DNA of 64,000 bases from Candidatus Peregrinibacteria bacterium (GCA_016188705.1 JACPHH010000016.1:21690-85689), one strand, 5' to 3'. Numbered from the stretch's first letter, positions 28,405 to 37,859 are shown. A program made the numbers and translations. The notes: generated by a model from the sequence alone, not told the origin.

Positions 28405-28565
28405 AAAAATAAAATAAAAAAATAAATTTCAAATATCCCTCAAGTATCCAAAGTTTAACACATTTTTTAGAAAGAAAAAATTTTTCCTACATATAAAAAT
28501 TTTAAAAAAACGCTATTTAAAAAACAAAAACGCAGTTAAAAAAATATTTTTCTTCAAGGTTCCCA

Positions 28566-28574
28566 TGCTATAAT
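28566..28574 (+). promoter_or_regulatory. extended -10 (TGCTATAAT), first of two tandem copies upstream of the methyltransferase gene
   Basis: CATGCTATAAT occurs at 28564-28574 and again at 28631-28641. Confidence 0.35.
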
Positions 28575-28632
28575 GAGCCACGAATACCTGGATTAATATC
28601 AGGAATAACTTGAATGGGCGGGCGATGTAACA

Positions 28633-28641
28633 TGCTATAAT
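28633..28641 (+). promoter_or_regulatory. extended -10 (TGCTATAAT), second copy
   Basis: The same 11-mer, CATGCTATAAT, lies about 90 nt upstream of the ATG at 28732. Confidence 0.4.
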
Positions 28642-28731
28642 AGGCTTTTACAGAAAAAACAAACAATACAAAGACTATGAAAATCAAAATACTTACTATA
28701 ATATAATTGAGCCTTTTTATATTCATACACA

Positions 28732-30027
28732 ATGAAAAACGAACCATACATATACATTCTCGGCCGAAAACCTCTTCTTTCTTTGGCCGAACTGCTGACA
28801 CAATTTCCTGATAAAGACATTCTCTCGATTCGACCGAAAACTTTTGTGTCGAAAACAAAAATTAATGATCCACAAGCCTTTCTTAACACTCTCGGAGGAA
28901 CCATTCGCGTTGCGAAAATATTTCATAAAGCGCAGAAAAAAAATGTAAAAAGTTTGGAAGCTGAAATTCCGAAATGGATTCCATTTTTAAAAAAATACTT
29001 TAAAGATCGGTTTAAATCGTGCGACGGAAAAATTCGTTTTGCCATGAATATTTACAACATACCGCATCCTCGTGAAATTTTTCTAAAAAAATTATTAAAT
29101 GAAGTAAAACGAAATTTAAAAGAAACAGGACTTAAGGTGCGTTTCGTAAATAACAATTTTAAAAATGTAGAAAGTGTCGTGACGTTAAAAGAAAAACTTA
29201 TTTCAAAAAAAGGCTGCGAGATAAATGTGATTGTAGGTGATAAATTTTTTCTCTTTGCGGAAACTGTCGCGGTTCAGAACGTGGACAAATACTCGGAACG
29301 CGACTATGGAAAACCCGCGAGAGACCCGAGAAGCGGCATGTTGCCGCCAAAACTCGCGCAAATCATGATCAATCTGGCAAAAACGAACGCGAAAGGTCAA
29401 AAAAATAAAATTGAATATGTGTACGATCCATTTGGCGGAACCGGAACGATTTTGATGGAATCGGCGCTTCAAGGCTTGCATGCGATCGGTTCAGACATTG
29501 ATAAACAGGCCGTGCAATATTCGAAAAAAAACATCGAATGGCTAAAAAAAGTGCATAAAATTGGAAGCAAACAAAAAATAAAAATAGCGACACTCGACGC
29601 GACCAAATTGACCGCCAAACAATTGAAAGAAAATATGTCAGTGAAACGGCTGGAAAAATTTGCCATTGTAACCGAGCCTTTTCTTGGACCTCCATTTTTC
29701 AGATTTCCACTTATGGAAAAACTTGAGGAGCACATGCGATTTCTTGACTATCTTTATACAAAATTTTTCGAACAAATGAAGGAAATTCTGCCAAAGGGCA
29801 CGATTATTATTTTTGTCATACCGGCTTTCCGTGATAAAACTCATGACATACGCATGGGAAAAACAGTTGAAAAAATTTGCAGCCTTGGCTATAGTGTCAT
29901 CGATCTGATTCCCGATCATGTCGCCAAAAAATACGAAATCGGAAAACCTGAAACGCCTTCCCTCCTCTACGACCGCAAAGATCAAATTGTCGCCCGAGAA
30001 ATCTATAAATTCGTAAAAAACACGTAG
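28732..30027 (+). CDS. class I SAM-dependent RNA (guanine-N2-type, Trm11/UPF0020-like) methyltransferase
   Basis: PARDPRSGMLPPKLAQIMINLA followed by VYDPFGGTGTILMES (motif I), IGSDID and the PFLGPP motif IV region. An N-terminal ~190 aa putative RNA-binding domain precedes these. Confidence 0.7.
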   Translation: MKNEPYIYILGRKPLLSLAELLTQFPDKDILSIRPKTFVSKTKINDPQAFLNTLGGTIRVAKIFHKAQKKNVKSLEAEIPKWIPFLKKYFKDRFKSCDGKIRFAMNIYNIPHPREIFLKKLLNEVKRNLKETGLKVRFVNNNFKNVESVVTLKEKLISKKGCEINVIVGDKFFLFAETVAVQNVDKYSERDYGKPARDPRSGMLPPKLAQIMINLAKTNAKGQKNKIEYVYDPFGGTGTILMESALQGLHAIGSDIDKQAVQYSKKNIEWLKKVHKIGSKQKIKIATLDATKLTAKQLKENMSVKRLEKFAIVTEPFLGPPFFRFPLMEKLEEHMRFLDYLYTKFFEQMKEILPKGTIIIFVIPAFRDKTHDIRMGKTVEKICSLGYSVIDLIPDHVAKKYEIGKPETPSLLYDRKDQIVAREIYKFVKNT

Positions 30028-30143
30028 GGCAATGGGAAATACCAATCGATAAATAAAAGTATGCTGTCAATGAATAAAATCATATAAAAGGGTGAAATTT
30101 TAAAAATATTCGACAAAATAAAAACATAATCGCTCCTTCACAT

Positions 30144-30218
30144 TCCGGGGTAGCTCAATGGTAGAGCAACTGGCTGTTAACCAGTGGGTTGTCGGTTCGA
30201 ATCCGACCCCCGGAGCCA
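30144..30218 (+). tRNA. tRNA-Asn (anticodon GUU), CCA encoded
   Basis: Hand-folded cloverleaf. Acceptor TCCGGGG/CCCCGGA, D arm GCTC-AATGGTA-GAGC, anticodon stem ACTGG/CCAGT with loop CTGTTAA, T arm GTCGG-TTCGAAT-CCGAC, then G-CCA. Confidence 0.9.
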
Positions 30219-30267
30219 AATTGGAATAAATAAGCATGATTCAAAAAATTGTTATCTCTGTTTTGGA

Positions 30268-31491
30268 ATGTGGAAATCCCAAGACTGTCTTTATTGTCGA
30301 ATCTGCGATCAATCAAAATTCTGCGTTGATTGCGAAGGCGTAAAATTAGGTTCAGAGCTTGTATATGAAAGCGTTGACTCAAAACGCCTCTATCGTTGCG
30401 CTTTTCTGCAAAATTCCGAAAATTGCAATGATTGTTTTTTTGGATTTGATCTCAAGGGATGTAGTGATTGTAGCGCATGCGTGGGATTGCGACAAAAACG
30501 TTTCCACATTTTTAATAAACCATACTCAGAAGAAGAATATCGCAAACGCGTGGCGGAATTTAATCTAAGTTTCCGCTCGGGACTTAATGGATTGCATACA
30601 CAATTCATTCATTTCGCGCAAAACTTTCCTCGTAAAAATATGAATCTTCAAAATTGTGAAAATTGTCTTGGCGATCATCTTTTTAATTGTCGAAATGTTA
30701 TAGGATACGTGAGTACGAATTCCGAACATTCTCATTGGATTGAACGCTGCGACGGGCCAATATGGTGCTATGATCAAATTCAAAGCGGTTCTCCTGAACT
30801 TTGCTACGAATGCATAACCAACGATAATGGATACATGGTTCTTTTTTCTTTGTATTGCAATCAATCCCATTACACTTTTTATAGTGATAATTGTGTGCAT
30901 TGCGACAATCTTTTCGGATGCATTTCCCTGCGCAGAAAAAAATATTGCATTTTAAATAAGCAATATACAAAAGAAGAATATGAAAAACTCACAGGATCCA
31001 TTATTAAAAAAATGCAACAAGAAGGAATATTTGGTGAATTCTTTTCAATTGAAATGTCTCCCTATGGATACAATGAAACAAACGCGGCAGAATTTTTTCC
31101 TTTCACTAAAGAAGAAGTAATACAAAACGGATGGAAATGGCGCGATGATTTACCTTATACAACGGGAAAAGAAACACTTACCTCTCAAAATATTCCCGAT
31201 GATATTAAAAATGTCGATGATTCCATTTTACAAGAAATTCTTGCATGTGAGCAGTGTGGGAAAAATTATCGAATCATCCGTGAAGAACTTACATTCTATC
31301 GGTCGCTCGAAATACCAATTCCAGCGTATTGTCCTGATTGCCGCAACCGAAAACGCTTAAGTCGAAGAAATCCTCAACGGCTCTGGGAACGAATATGTAA
31401 AAAATGTAGAGAAAAAATGTTCTCTACATATTCGCCGGAAAAACCGGAAAATGTTTATTGCGAAAAATGCTATTTAAAAATTGTATATTAA
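30268..31491 (+). CDS. Cys-rich repeat protein with C-terminal zinc ribbons
   Basis: Repeated NCxxC...C.DC.xC units, and a C-terminal CEQCGKNYRII...FYRSLEIPIPAYCPDCR...CKKC...CEKC. The track ORF start (GTG 30184) lies inside tRNA-Asn. The first ATG is 30268, but the Cys pattern (KNCYLCFG) already begins upstream in frame. Confidence 0.6.
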   Translation: MWKSQDCLYCRICDQSKFCVDCEGVKLGSELVYESVDSKRLYRCAFLQNSENCNDCFFGFDLKGCSDCSACVGLRQKRFHIFNKPYSEEEYRKRVAEFNLSFRSGLNGLHTQFIHFAQNFPRKNMNLQNCENCLGDHLFNCRNVIGYVSTNSEHSHWIERCDGPIWCYDQIQSGSPELCYECITNDNGYMVLFSLYCNQSHYTFYSDNCVHCDNLFGCISLRRKKYCILNKQYTKEEYEKLTGSIIKKMQQEGIFGEFFSIEMSPYGYNETNAAEFFPFTKEEVIQNGWKWRDDLPYTTGKETLTSQNIPDDIKNVDDSILQEILACEQCGKNYRIIREELTFYRSLEIPIPAYCPDCRNRKRLSRRNPQRLWERICKKCREKMFSTYSPEKPENVYCEKCYLKIVY

Positions 31492-31579
31492 GGCTTCTTT
31501 ATTAAAAAACCCTATTTCACTGAAATAATACAAATATTGTTTCCCCACATTAAGAAGCTACATTTTCTTATGTGGAAAA

Positions 31580-32122
31580 ATGGAAGCCGATAAAAGGTGC
31601 TGCTTGATGGTTGGTAGAAGATTAGGAACAGAAAATACGGCAGATGAAGGCGTAAGCAATGTAACTACCAGTGGTATCCCTGCGGCGCCGAGCCACTTCA
31701 GTAATGTTAGAGGAGTTATAGAATTGTGCATGAGTGATCCATCTCGTGGTTCTCACGCTCGTGACCGTTTAAGAGATTTGAAAATTGTCGTTGCCGCCGC
31801 TCAGCCACTTGGTATTAATTTAGAATTTTTGAGAGACTGCCCGCATTCTTCAGAATTTCCTCCCATTGAAAATCTCATTCCATCTGAATTTTTCCCTCAA
31901 GGAATACCTCAAAAAGCCGCCAAATACGTTAAAATGATAGCTGTTGAGGACGCATACAAACTATTATATCCTGAAAATGATGATGGCCCTGTTGAAAACA
32001 ATGGCACGCCCCATGTACTCCATATTGCAACGGATCACAAAGAGCAAACTGATTCCGGGCCAGGAATGATGTATCTTTACTTCGCGCCACAAGGTGAAAA
32101 TCTCCCGATAAAAATTTCCTAA
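31580..32122 (+). CDS. hypothetical protein (orphan, more GC-rich than neighbours by eye)
   Basis: 180 aa ORF with no recognisable motif. It is preceded by the hairpin CCACATTAAGAA-N8-TTCTTATGTGG (31546-31577). Confidence 0.4.
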   Translation: MEADKRCCLMVGRRLGTENTADEGVSNVTTSGIPAAPSHFSNVRGVIELCMSDPSRGSHARDRLRDLKIVVAAAQPLGINLEFLRDCPHSSEFPPIENLIPSEFFPQGIPQKAAKYVKMIAVEDAYKLLYPENDDGPVENNGTPHVLHIATDHKEQTDSGPGMMYLYFAPQGENLPIKIS

Positions 32123-32161
32123 AATTGTTCAATAAAAAAACCTCTAAAAAAAACTCTCATT

Positions 32162-33391
32162 TTACCCCATTCTTTTTTTAAAATCTTCGTATTCAAATTT
32201 TCGAATACGTTTCGCCGCATATTCTTTACCAATTTTTTTCCACAACACGATATCCGGATGCTGAATCCCATTAAACATGGTTGTTTTCACCAATGAATAC
32301 TGAATGCCGTCTTCAAAAACCACTCGATCCCCCACTTTCAATTTTTGAGAAAAACTATACAATTGCTCACGCCTGTCACCGGCTAGACAACTGCAGCCGC
32401 CAAATTGATACACATATTTATTTTCTCTCCCTTCAACGGCGCCTCGTACTCGTAAATTCAAACTGGGCGTAAGCATAAAATCCGTCAAATGCGCCTCAAA
32501 CGAAATATCCAAAATCGCGATTGAATACGGGACATCTTCACTTTCGATTATATCAAGAACAGAAGCCACCAAAGTGCCGGATTGCCACACCACGGCCGCG
32601 CCGGGTTCCAAATGAACCTCGACTCCGTATTTTTTTTTAAAATTTTTAATAAGCCTGATCAATGCCTCTACGTCATAATTATCATCCGTAATTTTCTGAC
32701 CCCCTCCAAAATTTACCCACTTGAGCTGCTTCAAATATTTTCCAAATCTCTTTTCAATGTGATACAAAGCTTTTTCCAAATCTTGTTCATCTCTTTCAAA
32801 AAAAATATGAAAATGTATTCCTGACAAGCCATCCATCACTTTCGGGTCTTCAGCCAACGCTTTTTCAAATTCACTCAAACGCACCCCAAGTCGCGAATCC
32901 ACCGCGCAAGGATTATACATATCCTCGCCTTCGCCAAAACTCATCTCAGGATTAATACGCAAACCGCATTCTATGTTTTTTTTATTTTTCCGAGAAAAAT
33001 CCTTCACTGTTCGACGAAATTGCCGCCACTGAGCGAATGAATTAAAAATAACATGACTGCAATTTTTCAATATTTCATGAAATTCCTCAGGCTTATAGGC
33101 AGGAGAATAAATATGCACCTTCTGTCCGAATTCCTCAAAACCAAGCCGCGCCTCATTTAAAGAGCTTACTTCGACGCCGCTTAAATACTTTTTTACCATT
33201 CCAAAAAGCGGCCAAGTCGCCCAAGCTTTCATGGCAAGCAAAATGGTGCAGCCAGCCATATCGCTCACGTACTGCAATCTCTCCAAATTATGCTTCAATA
33301 AATCTTCTTCGATAACAAAAGCTGGTGTTTGCACTTTGCCTGGATTCAACGTTGAAGCAGGTCTTTTTTTTATAGCTCCAATGCTCTGCAT
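32162..33391 (-). CDS. nspC: carboxynorspermidine/carboxyspermidine decarboxylase
   Basis: 409 aa PLP fold-III decarboxylase. TPAFVIEEDLL, LLAMKA, HFH, LEPG and GGCSCLAGD blocks resemble NspC/CANSDC. Confidence 0.85.
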   Translation of the reverse strand: MQSIGAIKKRPASTLNPGKVQTPAFVIEEDLLKHNLERLQYVSDMAGCTILLAMKAWATWPLFGMVKKYLSGVEVSSLNEARLGFEEFGQKVHIYSPAYKPEEFHEILKNCSHVIFNSFAQWRQFRRTVKDFSRKNKKNIECGLRINPEMSFGEGEDMYNPCAVDSRLGVRLSEFEKALAEDPKVMDGLSGIHFHIFFERDEQDLEKALYHIEKRFGKYLKQLKWVNFGGGQKITDDNYDVEALIRLIKNFKKKYGVEVHLEPGAAVVWQSGTLVASVLDIIESEDVPYSIAILDISFEAHLTDFMLTPSLNLRVRGAVEGRENKYVYQFGGCSCLAGDRREQLYSFSQKLKVGDRVVFEDGIQYSLVKTTMFNGIQHPDIVLWKKIGKEYAAKRIRKFEYEDFKKRMG

Positions 33392-33474
33392 GACATCTTA
33401 AATTATTCAATGCGTTACAATTTCATGACTCCATCAAAACATATCATCATAACCTTTGCCAAACAAAAATTGGA

Positions 33475-34677
33475 TTATTTCACCACGGCTTCATCCGGCT
33501 GAAGCTCTCGAAGTTTCCAAGGCAGACCGCATGTATTCAATTCTTCCATAAACGGCTTGGCGTCAAATTGTTCCATGTTAAAAACACCAGTCCCCTTCCA
33601 AGTTCCTGTCAAAATCATTTTCGCGCCAATCATGGCGGGTACGCCGGTTGTATAGGAAATCGCCTGACTTTTCACTTCCTTATAACATGCTTCATGATCG
33701 CACATATTATAAATATACATGCGTTTTTCCACGCCGTCTTTTGTGCCTTTAAAAATACAGCCGATATTTGTCTTACCTTTCGTGCGAGGGCCAAGCGAAG
33801 CGGGATCAGGCAATACCGCCTTTAAAAATTGAAGCGGAACAATCTCACGACCTTCATACATGACAGGCTTGATGCCGGTCATGCCAACATTTTCCAAAAC
33901 TTTCAAATGATTCAAATAATTCGCTGAAAAAGTCATAAAAAATCTCATGCGCTTTATGCCTTTGAGATTTTTGGAAAGCGATTCCATTTCTTCATGATAC
34001 ATAAGATACATTTCTCTCTCTCCGATTCCTTCAAAATTAAAAGTTTGATGCACGGACAAAGGATCGGTTTCTTTCCATTCGCCATTTTCAAAATAACGAC
34101 CTTTGGCTGTTACTTCGCGAATATTAATTTCAGGATTAAAATTTGTCGCGAAAGGATAGCCATGATCCCCTCCGTTCGCGTCCAAAATATCCACGGTTTC
34201 AATTTCATCAAAATGATATTGCTGAGCATAAGCGCAAAAAACATTGGTCACGCCGGGATCAAACCCCGAACCGAGAAGAGCCATAAGACCTTTTTCCTTA
34301 AATCTATCCTGATAATCCCACTGCCATTTATATTCAAATTTCGCCACGTCGAGCGGCTCATAATTCGCTGTATCCATATAGTGAACACCTGTTTCGAGAC
34401 ACGCATCCATAATATGCAAATCCTGATACGGCAAAGCAACATTGATGACCAAAGCAGGTTGAATTTTTTTAATAAGAGCGACCAATTCCGGCACGTTATC
34501 CGCGTCCACTTGAAACGGTTCCACTTTATTGCCACCGATATCCTCTGCTATTTTTTGCACTTTAGATAATGTTCGGCTCGCCATTGCAATTTTAGTGAAA
34601 ACGTCCATATTTTGAGCGCATTTATGGGCAACCACTCCACCAACTCCGCCAGCGCCAATAATAAGAACAGTACTCAT
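33475..34677 (-). CDS. carboxy(nor)spermidine dehydrogenase/synthase (saccharopine dehydrogenase family)
   Basis: 400 aa. N-terminal IIGAGGVGGVVAHK Rossmann motif, then YMDTANYEP and GFDPGVTNVF blocks typical of CANSDH/CASDH. It is adjacent to nspC. Confidence 0.85.
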   Translation of the reverse strand: MSTVLIIGAGGVGGVVAHKCAQNMDVFTKIAMASRTLSKVQKIAEDIGGNKVEPFQVDADNVPELVALIKKIQPALVINVALPYQDLHIMDACLETGVHYMDTANYEPLDVAKFEYKWQWDYQDRFKEKGLMALLGSGFDPGVTNVFCAYAQQYHFDEIETVDILDANGGDHGYPFATNFNPEINIREVTAKGRYFENGEWKETDPLSVHQTFNFEGIGEREMYLMYHEEMESLSKNLKGIKRMRFFMTFSANYLNHLKVLENVGMTGIKPVMYEGREIVPLQFLKAVLPDPASLGPRTKGKTNIGCIFKGTKDGVEKRMYIYNMCDHEACYKEVKSQAISYTTGVPAMIGAKMILTGTWKGTGVFNMEQFDAKPFMEELNTCGLPWKLRELQPDEAVVK

Positions 34678-34758
34678 ATTTTTAATTTTAAAAAATAATC
34701 GACCTCACTATACCCTACGAATGAAAAATGTAAATATTGGAAAAAATGATCTTATTTT

Positions 34759-35826
34759 CTAATCTGGAATTTGTAAATCCAAAGATGGAAAGTTTTCCAA
34801 CGGTTTTAAAATTTTATCATTTAATAGAGCCATTACGATTGCTTTATGTTTTTGCCAAGCGTCATCATTATCAAACTCATTTTTCGGTCGAATATACCAG
34901 CTTTCCCAAAGCGCCGTCAAAAGTGCGCGAAGTTCTTCTATGGAAATAGAATCAGAAGACCCTTTGAACGCCAATTGCAGATATTCTGATTGCGGTTTTA
35001 ACAATAACTGTGCGTCACAAGGCGTACCATCGTCGCTATTCCACTCAAAAGGAGGGAGAAAATAATCAATGGGGACATCACTAAGACCAAAATTCATAGA
35101 GTCACCTGATGGAATATAAACCCATTGCATTCCATTACCTTCTTCTACTTTAACTCTATACCACCTCTTGCCAGCCTTCTTGCTGGTAGCCTCTACGAGA
35201 AGAGCATCAACTGAGCTTTCTCGTTGAAAGTGTTCAATCAATCGCTGATCTGCTCCTTGACCAGGTTGAATAAGAGGATCAACTTCCGCACCTGTAAAAC
35301 GAAAAGCCAATAAATTTTTATCTTCTGCGTAAGAAATCAAGGAACCGTAAGCAAAGTCAATTATTTCGCCCTTCAAATTTTTAATAACAAACAGAGAACA
35401 TTTGCCACTGCGAATTTCCTGTTTGAAAGTTTCCAATGGCTCTACCTCGGTTTCTTGAAAAAAAGACACTAATTTATTATAAAACTCTTGAATTAGAGGA
35501 GATTCAGGATCGCAAACAAGTTCAACCGCATCAAAGTTTCGTGCCATGTTCATCCTGTCTTCAGCTATAACATTACTAACTGAAACATCATCGTTTGGCT
35601 CTGGTGTTGACGTTGGCTCTGACGTTACCCGCGGCGTTGGTTCTTCTGGCCTTGGCTCTGACGTTGATCCTGGCGTTCTTGTTGGATTTGGATCCGTCAT
35701 TGATTCCGTACCTTCATTCATTGTTAGCACTCTATCTCCAGTCATATAAATTAAGTTAAAAATAATTACTCTGCGTATTTTTCGACAAAAACGATGACAT
35801 CTTATCAAAATATCTAAAAATGTCAA
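34759..35826 (-). CDS. hypothetical protein inside the polyamine cluster (possible GNAT-like fold)
   Basis: 355 aa. Pro/Thr/Ser/Glu-rich N-terminal region. The FTGAEVDPLIQPGQGADQRLIEHF segment loosely resembles GNAT motif A (V.P..QG.G). The likely start is an internal Met (35745 or 35721). Confidence 0.45.
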   Translation of the reverse strand: MTFLDILIRCHRFCRKIRRVIIFNLIYMTGDRVLTMNEGTESMTDPNPTRTPGSTSEPRPEEPTPRVTSEPTSTPEPNDDVSVSNVIAEDRMNMARNFDAVELVCDPESPLIQEFYNKLVSFFQETEVEPLETFKQEIRSGKCSLFVIKNLKGEIIDFAYGSLISYAEDKNLLAFRFTGAEVDPLIQPGQGADQRLIEHFQRESSVDALLVEATSKKAGKRWYRVKVEEGNGMQWVYIPSGDSMNFGLSDVPIDYFLPPFEWNSDDGTPCDAQLLLKPQSEYLQLAFKGSSDSISIEELRALLTALWESWYIRPKNEFDNDDAWQKHKAIVMALLNDKILKPLENFPSLDLQIPD

Positions 35827-35909
35827 GGCAATAACTTGTTACTAATCTGTTAAAATTTTAACACTCCAAATGAATTTTTTACAACAATGAAATAACTCAA
35901 AAAAATAAA

Positions 35910-37016
35910 CTATAAACCCAATAAAATCGCTGCGATCCAAGGGAAAACAACGGTTACGTCGCTTTGAATAATCTGATAATAACTTTGAGGCGATAATTTA
36001 TCACAAGTAATTTTCTCTTTCCCTCCTGCTCCGGAGTATGAACCAAAAGACATTGGAGAAGAACCGATTTCAATAAATCCAGCCCAATCGCGAACACCTT
36101 TGAGCTTTAAATCATGCTTAAGAGAAGGCACGACGCAAATTGGAAAATCAGCCGCGATACCTCCACCAAGCTGCAAAAAAGCTATCGGATGTTTTTTCGC
36201 GGTTTCCATATACCAATCGTAGAGCAAATGAAAATACTCCAAACCAGTTTTCATAATGTTTTGATCAATTCGCGGTCCGTTATCCTTACGACATCTGCCA
36301 TCGTAACAGTAGCTCGAAAAAATATTTCCCATAGTCGAATCTTCAAATCCCGGCACTACGATAGGAATATTTTTTTTATAGGCCGAGTATGCCCAACAAT
36401 CATTTTCATTCGCTTCCGGATCAGGAAAAATAAGGCCTTCAGAAAAAAGTTTTCGAAAATACTCATGAGGAAAATACCTCTCACCTTTTTTCTGCGCGTC
36501 TTTCCACATTTTCAAAAGATGTGGTTCCATAATGCGCACACTTTCATCTTCAGGAAGAAAAGTATCAGTAATCCGTCGAAGGCCAGCATCACGAAGCTCT
36601 GCTTCTTGCTCTGGAGTAAGCTCAGTATAATGAGGAATATAGGCATAATGAGAATGTGCCACATAACGATAGTAAGATTCTTCATGATTGGCGGCGGTAG
36701 CAGAAACAAGATGCACCATGTCTTTGCGAATAAGTTCTGCGAGCATAACGCCAACCTGAAAAGAACTGAGAGCTCCAGCAATAGTAACGACTATTTTTCC
36801 GCCACGAGCAATATGATCCTTCAACCAAAAAGCGGCTTGAAGAGTAGCGCCGCCATTACAATGATTAAGAGTGCGCTCCGTATACGCCGAAACCGGCCTC
36901 TTATTTCCTGTAACATAGGAACTGAGTGTCCCTGAAGCCGTTTTTCCCGCGCCTCCTGACAAAACAATCAATTTTCGTAAACCAGATGATAAAGCATTAA
37001 AAGTAGATCGTTGCAT
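35910..37016 (-). CDS. deoxyhypusine synthase-like protein (bacterial DHS/homospermidine-synthase-like)
   Basis: 368 aa. TIAGALSS, LVSATAANHEES, VPGFEDSTMGN and LGGGIAADFP blocks are typical of the DHS family. Confidence 0.8.
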   Translation of the reverse strand: MQRSTFNALSSGLRKLIVLSGGAGKTASGTLSSYVTGNKRPVSAYTERTLNHCNGGATLQAAFWLKDHIARGGKIVVTIAGALSSFQVGVMLAELIRKDMVHLVSATAANHEESYYRYVAHSHYAYIPHYTELTPEQEAELRDAGLRRITDTFLPEDESVRIMEPHLLKMWKDAQKKGERYFPHEYFRKLFSEGLIFPDPEANENDCWAYSAYKKNIPIVVPGFEDSTMGNIFSSYCYDGRCRKDNGPRIDQNIMKTGLEYFHLLYDWYMETAKKHPIAFLQLGGGIAADFPICVVPSLKHDLKLKGVRDWAGFIEIGSSPMSFGSYSGAGGKEKITCDKLSPQSYYQIIQSDVTVVFPWIAAILLGL

Positions 37017-37107
37017 AAAATTTTCAATAATAAAATTTGAACACCGCGATTATAATACACAAAAAATTTTCTATGTAAAAAAAATTAACTCGAACAACCT
37101 AATAAAA

Positions 37108-37161
37108 CAGATTTTCAGAGGCTCCTTAACTTAAATTTCGGGCAACACTGGTTAAACCTTA
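37108..37161 (-). repeat. stop-anchored repeat after the SemiSWEET gene
   Basis: The minus strand from the stop at 37159-37161 reads TAAGGTTTAACCAGTGTTGCCCGAAATTTAAGTTAAGGAGCCTCTGAAAATCTG. Confidence 0.55.
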
Positions 37162-37443
37162 ACTTGTCGCTACTTTGAGAAGAGGCTCGTTGCCGCGACC
37201 GTAGTGGAATTTTAAAAATATAAGAAAAAGCGTCAATAAAAAATGAAACCCATCAAAAATAATAAGAGGATATTGATTGATATGAAAGCCATAAAGACAC
37301 CATAAAAAAGAACTGATGGCGAACATACAGAGCATCCCCCACGCGACATCTTTTAAATGATGAGTGTGGAGCGCCTGCCTTATTTCAGGAATGAGACTAA
37401 TGGAACCTAAAATACCAGCCAAAAAACCAATAATTTCTATCAT
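37159..37443 (-). CDS. SemiSWEET/PQ-loop 3-TM transporter subunit (paralog B)
   Basis: 94 aa. The SISLIPEIRQALHTHHLKDVAWGMLCMF...LWCLYG pattern aligns with the SemiSWEET consensus (FLPQv..v.ktk...diS), with PE replacing PQ. Confidence 0.75.
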   Translation of the reverse strand: MIEIIGFLAGILGSISLIPEIRQALHTHHLKDVAWGMLCMFAISSFLWCLYGFHINQYPLIIFDGFHFLLTLFLIFLKFHYGRGNEPLLKVATS

Positions 37444-37760
37444 ACGTCCTGTTGAATGGATTTTATTTCGAACGCGAATTTTTCATGAAAAATCGGAGCT
37501 TTCATTTTATCATAGCGTACTTTAAGGCTTATGAGAATTATTTCCATTAAAATGTTAAAACTTGCTGACGCCATAAGCAAAATTTCATGAATCATATAGC
37601 CATAAAGCGACCACAAACTCGAGCAAACAAAAAACAAAAAAAGCATTCCCCACGATACATCTTTCAAATGGTGAGTATTCAGCGCTTTATAAACTTCCGG
37701 GATAAAAGAAACAACTCCTGTAAGAGCCGCGAGAAGCACAATAATAGACCAAATATCCAT
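37440..37760 (-). CDS. SemiSWEET/PQ-loop 3-TM transporter subunit (paralog A)
   Basis: 106 aa. VVSFIPEVYKALNTHHLKDVSWGMLFLFF...LWSLYGY. It overlaps the downstream paralog by 4 nt (ATGA). Confidence 0.75.
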   Translation of the reverse strand: MDIWSIIVLLAALTGVVSFIPEVYKALNTHHLKDVSWGMLFLFFVCSSLWSLYGYMIHEILLMASASFNILMEIILISLKVRYDKMKAPIFHEKFAFEIKSIQQDV

Positions 37761-37859
37761 ATAAATTTTTATAAAAAATCATATTATATTAACACAATCT
37801 GGGACAATTTGTCAAAGTCAGACATATATTTTCCCACTGCCGTTATTTTTTATTCAAAT

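Noticed and set aside
30184-30267. The ORF-track start (GTG 30184) of the Cys-rich protein.
   Set aside because: It lies inside the tRNA-Asn gene (30144..30218), so the first 12 codons are simply the tRNA 3' half read as protein.
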